DNA from: Callorhinchus milii
Taxonomy: Eukaryota
Assembly (NCBI RefSeq): GCF_018977255.1
Contig: NW_024704742.1
Coordinates: 123,196,001-123,260,000 of the forward strand
Direction: 5' to 3'
Length of the DNA: 64,000 nt
The translations under genes were made by a program, and so were the position numbers. Positions within the stretch are counted from its first letter, which is position 1. Each line of letters opens with the position of its first letter. The notes below the pieces were generated by a model. It had not been told where the DNA came from. It made no database searches and was given only the letters and a program-made list of their open reading frames with translations. This document shows positions 63,810-64,000 of this stretch, in pieces.

Positions 63810-64000
63810 TCGAGGGGATCCGTTCAGCTGTCTCCACCCTCCCAACTGCCACTCCCTCCCCATCTCTCCTCCCACACTCTACCCATCCCTCCCTCCAATC
63901 TTCGAACCTGTCTCCCCCTCCTCTCTCATCACCACCATATCCAGCATGAAACACACCACCTGCTCCCTTGACCTCATCCTCACCCCTCGCCTTACCTCCC
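63810..64000 (+). mobile_element. L2 ORF2 fragment running off the window end
   Basis: IRSA...FEPVSP...SSMKHTTCSLDLI resembles the L2 pre-RT motif TTCSLDPIPT. Confidence 0.8.

Noticed and set aside
60011..64000. Next ANKRD55 exon (expected GMTPLHWAAFHN...)
   Set aside because: No matching frame seen; presumably lies beyond the window.

Overview
Vertebrate genomic DNA, almost certainly from a cartilaginous fish, judged from the repeat families recalled: SacSINE1-like Deu-SINEs, HER1/CR1 3' ends, L2, and a Penelope-derived palindromic element. The dominant SINE resembles, from memory, a chimaera/elephant-shark SINE. The first ~47.5 kb is repeat-dense, apparently intergenic sequence: nested L2 and CR1 LINE fragments, several tRNA-derived SINE families and MITE-like palindromes. 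From 48385 the + strand carries the first five coding exons of ANKRD55 (155 codons, all GT-AG, phases consistent); the gene continues past the window. Almost every ORF in the supplied track is a LINE fragment or noise. Most notable observations: (1) two hammerhead-ribozyme cores in a palindromic Penelope-type element at 40482-40549, one complete and one apparently flipped by a 32-bp micro-inversion; (2) a perfect 82-bp-arm palindrome in an ANKRD55 intron and a 37-bp-arm hairpin at 5432, both with template-switch signatures; (3) a visible SINE-L2 partnership, in which the youngest SINE subfamily shares the 3' stem-loop of the youngest L2 and one SINE carries a double tail; (4) an L2 tail forming the splice-acceptor context of ANKRD55 coding exon 2. 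Exon and palindrome coordinates were counted base by base. Repeat boundaries are by eye, and family names are recalled rather than searched.
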